DNA from: an uncultured Clostridia bacterium | Lineage (GTDB): Bacteria > Bacillota > Peptococcia > Peptococcales > Peptococcaceae | NCBI GenBank assembly: GCA_944391285.1 | Contig: CALXSY010000005.1 | Location: 11,196-75,195, forward strand | DNA: 64,000 nucleotides | Reading direction: 5' to 3' | Shown: piece by piece, positions 60,458 through 64,000 of the stretch | Position numbering within the stretch: the first letter of the stretch is position 1 | Layout: each line of letters opens with the position of its first letter | Made by a program: the position numbers and the translations under genes | Notes under the pieces: generated by a model | The model's database searches: none | What the model was told of the DNA's origin: nothing | What the model saw: the letters and a program-made list of their open reading frames with translations, nothing else

Positions 60458-61177
60458 ATGCAAAATTACGATGAAATTTTAAATGCCGCTGTAGCGGCAA
60501 AAAACCATGAGGAATATGAAAAAGCAGCTGAGCTTTTTTCTCAGGCTTTAGAATTAAAACCTAACGAGGCAAAGGTTTGGTTTTATCGAGCCAATATTTA
60601 TAATCACAGCCTGAAAGAATACCAAAAGGCGTTAAATGATTACCATAAAGCCATTGAGCTAAAAGATGATGATGAGTTTTATTATTACAACCGCGCATTG
60701 TGCTATCTGAACTTAGGCGAAGTGGATTTAGCGCTGGAGGATTATAACCGGGCGCTAAAGATTAATAAAGATTACGCTTTAGCTCTTTGGGATCGGGCGT
60801 TGATCTTAGCCCAGGATGAAGAGTATGAGCAGGCTTTAAGCGATTTAATGCGGGTTTTGGAACTGTCACCCTATTCCGCTGCCATTATTTATAAGGATTT
60901 AGGGGGTATTTATTACCAGATGGAGGATTATCCCAAAGCCTTGGAGGCGTACAATAAATCCTTAGAGCTGGATCCTTATTCAATTTACGCCTATAAAGGA
61001 CGGGGAAATTTGTATTTTTCCTTGGGCGAATATGAAAAAAGCCTGGCAGATTACAATAAAGTCAGCGAATTGGCTCCGGCTGATAAAGAAGCTATTAATA
61101 AACGCATCATGATTTATCAAAAGCTGGGGCAGGATGATTTAGCCCAAGCGGAAAAAAATAAGCTTAATTTGCCATAA
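60458..61177 (+). CDS. Tetratricopeptide-repeat protein
   Basis: Six to seven 34-aa TPR units (A...Y..AL.L.P......Y.RA). Confidence 0.8.
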   Translation: MQNYDEILNAAVAAKNHEEYEKAAELFSQALELKPNEAKVWFYRANIYNHSLKEYQKALNDYHKAIELKDDDEFYYYNRALCYLNLGEVDLALEDYNRALKINKDYALALWDRALILAQDEEYEQALSDLMRVLELSPYSAAIIYKDLGGIYYQMEDYPKALEAYNKSLELDPYSIYAYKGRGNLYFSLGEYEKSLADYNKVSELAPADKEAINKRIMIYQKLGQDDLAQAEKNKLNLP

Positions 61178-61236
61178 AACTGGGGCATTACCTTATTTTA
61201 GGGAATATACTATTACTAAAATGAGGAGGTGCCGCT

Positions 61237-61476
61237 ATGGACAGAGAGCTTGAAATTTTTGAGCAGAAGCTTGACAATCTCATAAAAGAAACCGATGAGC
61301 TGCTGCAGGAGCTGGCTCAACTGCGCCGCAATAATCCTGCTGCCAAAGCTCAGAGTGCGAAAATCATAGAAAATCATTTAATTCAACTGTCGCGCAGAAT
61401 CAAACAAATATGTAAAGCCAACAATGATGATATCACCGCAGGAATATCCTTTTTAAAGATTAAAATGTTTGGCTGA
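61237..61476 (+). CDS. Small hypothetical coiled-coil protein (79 aa)
   Basis: Strong GAGGAGG RBS 8 nt upstream. Heptad-like helical sequence. Its own terminator directly downstream. Confidence 0.55.
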   Translation: MDRELEIFEQKLDNLIKETDELLQELAQLRRNNPAAKAQSAKIIENHLIQLSRRIKQICKANNDDITAGISFLKIKMFG

Positions 61477-61508
61477 GCAAAGCCAAAGGTTTATCCTTTG
61501 GCTTTTTT
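61473..61508 (+). terminator. Intrinsic terminator
   Basis: agccaaagg-ttta-tcctttggct plus T6. It lies inside the 5' extension of the track ORF 61469-62224, which argues for the later trmK start. Confidence 0.75.
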
Positions 61509-61519
61509 GGAGGAAAAAG

Positions 61520-62224
61520 ATGAAATTATCAAAACGTTTGCAAACAGCAGCCCAATTTGTACCCCAAGGAAGCATTTGCGCCGATATCGGCAGTGACCAC
61601 GGATATTTGCCGATTTATCTGGTAGAAAAAGAGATTTGCCCCAAGGCAATTTGTGCCGATGTCGCCAAAGGACCGTTAAAAAGCGCCGAAAAAAATATTG
61701 AAGATGCTAACCTTGCTGATAAAATTTCCTTAAGATTAGGCAACGGCTTAATGGTTTTAGCAGAAGGCGAAGCCGACTGTGTCACTATTTGCGGCATGGG
61801 CGCAAGCTTGATGGGGGAAATATTAGATAATTCGCCCAAAATTGTTCAAAATATCGATACCATTATCCTGGCGCCCAATGTAGCGCCGGAAATACTGCGC
61901 CGCTGGGCTTATGAGCATGATTGGCAGATAGCAGCTGAGGAATTGGTTTGGGAAGACGGGCATTTTTATCCCATCATTGTACTTAAAAAAGGCAGGATGG
62001 CTGAATTAAATTTAGCAGAGTTATTTGCCGGTCCTCTTCTTTTAAAGGACAAACACCCTCTTTTAGGCGAATATCTGCGCTCTTTGCGGCAAAAGGAACT
62101 GACTTTGGCAGAAAAGCTGTTAAAGATAGGACAAGCTGACACCATAAAAAAAGGTGAGGAGCTGAAAAATAAATGGCAAAAAATTGAGGAGGCATACTTA
62201 TGGCAGTACAAGTCAGCACTATAA
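61520..62224 (+). CDS. trmK: tRNA (adenine22-N1)-methyltransferase
   Basis: MKLSKRL..A...V..G....DIGSDH.YLPI.L. GGAGG RBS before the ATG at 61520. Followed by a Nif3-family gene, as in the Bacillus yqfN-yqfO pair. Confidence 0.85.
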   Translation: MKLSKRLQTAAQFVPQGSICADIGSDHGYLPIYLVEKEICPKAICADVAKGPLKSAEKNIEDANLADKISLRLGNGLMVLAEGEADCVTICGMGASLMGEILDNSPKIVQNIDTIILAPNVAPEILRRWAYEHDWQIAAEELVWEDGHFYPIIVLKKGRMAELNLAELFAGPLLLKDKHPLLGEYLRSLRQKELTLAEKLLKIGQADTIKKGEELKNKWQKIEEAYLWQYKSAL

Positions 62225-63309
62225 TCAAAGAAATAAATATCTGGGCGCCGTTAAGCTGGGCTGAAGACTGGGACAATGTTGGTTTACAGGTGGGGCGCAA
62301 TGATAAAAATGTAAAAAAAGCTTTATTGGCTCTGACTCCCGGTGCAGATGTTATCGCTAAAGCCATCGAGGATAATTATGACTGCGTCATTACGCATCAT
62401 CCGCTGATTTTTAAAGCCTTAAAGCAAATTACTGACCAAAGCGTTGACGGACGCAAAGTTTTGGCATTGGCTCAGCATGATGTAGCCTTAATGAGCTTTC
62501 ACACCAATTTGGATATTGCTTTCGGCGGAGTAAATGATGTTTTGGCTGAAGCTATCGGCTTGGAAAATATCAGCCCCTTTGTCATAACGGGTAAAGAGAA
62601 ATATTATAAACTGGTAGTCTATGTGCCCGACGGTTATGAGGAAAAAGTGCGGGAGGCTATTTGCGCCAACGGCGCCGGCTGGATCGGCAAATACAGCGAT
62701 TGCAGTTTTAGATGCCAAGGCAAAGGCACTTTTAAGCCTTTAGAAGGAACTAAGCCTTTTTTGGGCGAAATAAATAATATCCACAAAGCTGATGAATGGC
62801 GCTTGGAAACTATTGTGCCTGCCGGCAGACTGAATAATGTTATTGCCGCCATGCTGAAGGCTCATCCCTATGAAGAAGCAGCTTATGACGTTTTTGAACA
62901 AGCCTTCAGCGCCAAAGAGCGCAGTATCGGCAGAGTAGGCGAGATTGCGCAGGAATGCACCTTGAAGGAGTTTTTAGCCCGAGTAGCCAAAAGCACCGGC
63001 GCTGAAAATTTAAGCTACAGCGGTAATTTAAACCGCAAACTAAAAAAAGCCGCATTGTGCGGCGGCAGCGGCTGCTCATATTTAACGGAAGCCAAGAAAA
63101 TCGGTGCCGATGTCTATTTAACCGGTGATGTTAAATTTCACGATTTCCAACTGGCCAAGGAATTGGACATTGCCTTGATTGACGGCGGACATTTTCATAC
63201 TGAGCATTTAATCGTGGAAAAAATGAAGCAATATTTGCAGGAGAAATTTCCTGAGGTAGTATTTGATCTTTACAATGAGCAGGATTTTCGCCTATTTTTT
63301 CAGGAATAG
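62200..63309 (+). CDS. Nif3-family dinuclear-metal-centre protein (YqfO-like, with PII-like insert)
   Basis: AE.WDNVGL.VG, ITHHP.IF and C-terminal GG.FHTEH. 369 aa. Confidence 0.85.
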   Translation: MAVQVSTIIKEINIWAPLSWAEDWDNVGLQVGRNDKNVKKALLALTPGADVIAKAIEDNYDCVITHHPLIFKALKQITDQSVDGRKVLALAQHDVALMSFHTNLDIAFGGVNDVLAEAIGLENISPFVITGKEKYYKLVVYVPDGYEEKVREAICANGAGWIGKYSDCSFRCQGKGTFKPLEGTKPFLGEINNIHKADEWRLETIVPAGRLNNVIAAMLKAHPYEEAAYDVFEQAFSAKERSIGRVGEIAQECTLKEFLARVAKSTGAENLSYSGNLNRKLKKAALCGGSGCSYLTEAKKIGADVYLTGDVKFHDFQLAKELDIALIDGGHFHTEHLIVEKMKQYLQEKFPEVVFDLYNEQDFRLFFQE

Positions 63310-63381
63310 TCGTTCAAACATGCTTTATTTTTAGAAGTTGATGTGTTATAATAAAGGCGCAAAAGGAAAGGAGCTGAAAAT

Positions 63382-64000
63382 TTGCGAAAAATTTGTGGAA
63401 TATTAGCAATAATTATGATAACCTTCCTTTTTAGCGGCTGCAGCTTAGAGGTGCCCTCACCGGATAGTTTGATCATCGCTCCTTTAGACAGCCAGGAAAA
63501 GGTTAATTTAAAACAAAAAATATCCGATTGGCTCGATAACGATGAATATCTGACTACACCGTTGGAGATGGACAATAAAATGAGCTATACTTTGCTTAAT
63601 ATTGACAGCGACAGCGAAGATGAATTGGTTGCCTTTATTAAAAAAGACAGCGGTTATGAGCTGGGATTTGCTATTTTTGATGTGGACGAAAATGATGAAT
63701 TGCAGCTGGATGAAAAAGTTATTTTATCCGGCACCTCGGTAGACTATTTCAAGGTAGTGGATTTAAATGGCACTGATAAGCTCAAAGAATTGCTCTTTGG
63801 CGTTAATGTCGGCGGAGTGAAGTATTTATATGTTTATCAGTATGCTGATGGAACCTTAAATTTAATAGGTGATAAACTTCAATACGATATTTTAACCTTA
63901 GGCAGTTTAACCAACGATAACAGCAAACAAATTGTGACTGCGACCCGCAGTACGACCAGCGAGGATTACAGCAGCACAATTAGATTGTACGAATTAGCAG
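63382..64000 (+). CDS. Putative lipoprotein, 5' partial (runs off the window)
   Basis: TTG start 8 nt after GGAG. Lipobox signal LRKICGILAIIMITFLFSG|C. The frame stays open to position 64000. It is absent from the ORF track because no stop is reached. Confidence 0.65.
   Translation, partial: MRKICGILAIIMITFLFSGCSLEVPSPDSLIIAPLDSQEKVNLKQKISDWLDNDEYLTTPLEMDNKMSYTLLNIDSDSEDELVAFIKKDSGYELGFAIFDVDENDELQLDEKVILSGTSVDYFKVVDLNGTDKLKELLFGVNVGGVKYLYVYQYADGTLNLIGDKLQYDILTLGSLTNDNSKQIVTATRSTTSEDYSSTIRLYELA

Noticed and set aside
1-64000. tRNA, rRNA, tmRNA, RNase P, SRP RNA, CRISPR arrays, IS elements/transposases and integrases.
   Set aside because: I scanned the intergenic regions by eye. All larger non-coding stretches are accounted for by T-box leaders, the polyamine leader, promoters/UTRs or AT-rich divergent control regions. 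No repeat-spacer arrays or transposase-like ORFs were seen.

Overview
This 64-kb chromosomal window comes from a moderate-GC Gram-positive anaerobe that looks like Firmicutes/Clostridia. Supporting signs are three T-box leaders, Rex, FprA plus desulfoferrodoxin, a maf-radC-mreCD-pbp2 block, and secreted proteins ending in copper-amine-oxidase-N-like domains. Most of the window is core metabolism and housekeeping: alr, tex, uppP, chorismate mutase plus an AroE-AroK fusion, valS, lgt, serCA, asnS, yajQ, a polyamine operon, Na/Pi transporter plus PhoPR-like two-component system, dinG, ahcY, trmK and nif3. I saw no rRNA, tRNA, CRISPR array, IS element or prophage gene. Six things stand out. (1) A six-gene Hyf/Hyc-type (group 4) hydrogenase-like membrane complex on the minus strand (47025-54617). 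Its 'catalytic' large subunit has lost all four canonical NiFe-ligating cysteines, and rex is divergently adjacent. (2) A tandem pair of 992-aa secreted paralogues (24461-30748). They have conserved C-terminal two-thirds and strongly diverged Tyr-rich N-terminal repeat modules. Each is preceded by helically phased 11-bp repeats, a consensus promoter and a conserved 5'-terminal stem-loop. (3) A six-gene polyamine operon that encodes both known spermidine routes (SpeD/SpeE and CASDH/CANSDC). It sits behind a ~370-nt structured leader with its own intrinsic terminator and a 47-codon upstream ORF. (4) A MazF/EndoA toxin directly after alr with no room for an antitoxin gene. (5) A T-box, probably Phe-specific, in front of a phenylacetate-CoA-ligase-like gene plus an ACT protein. 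(6) Pho-box-like phased repeats and a perfect 10-bp inverted repeat before the Na/Pi-phoPR operon. All functional calls come from motif recognition by eye in the supplied translations. No database searches were run.
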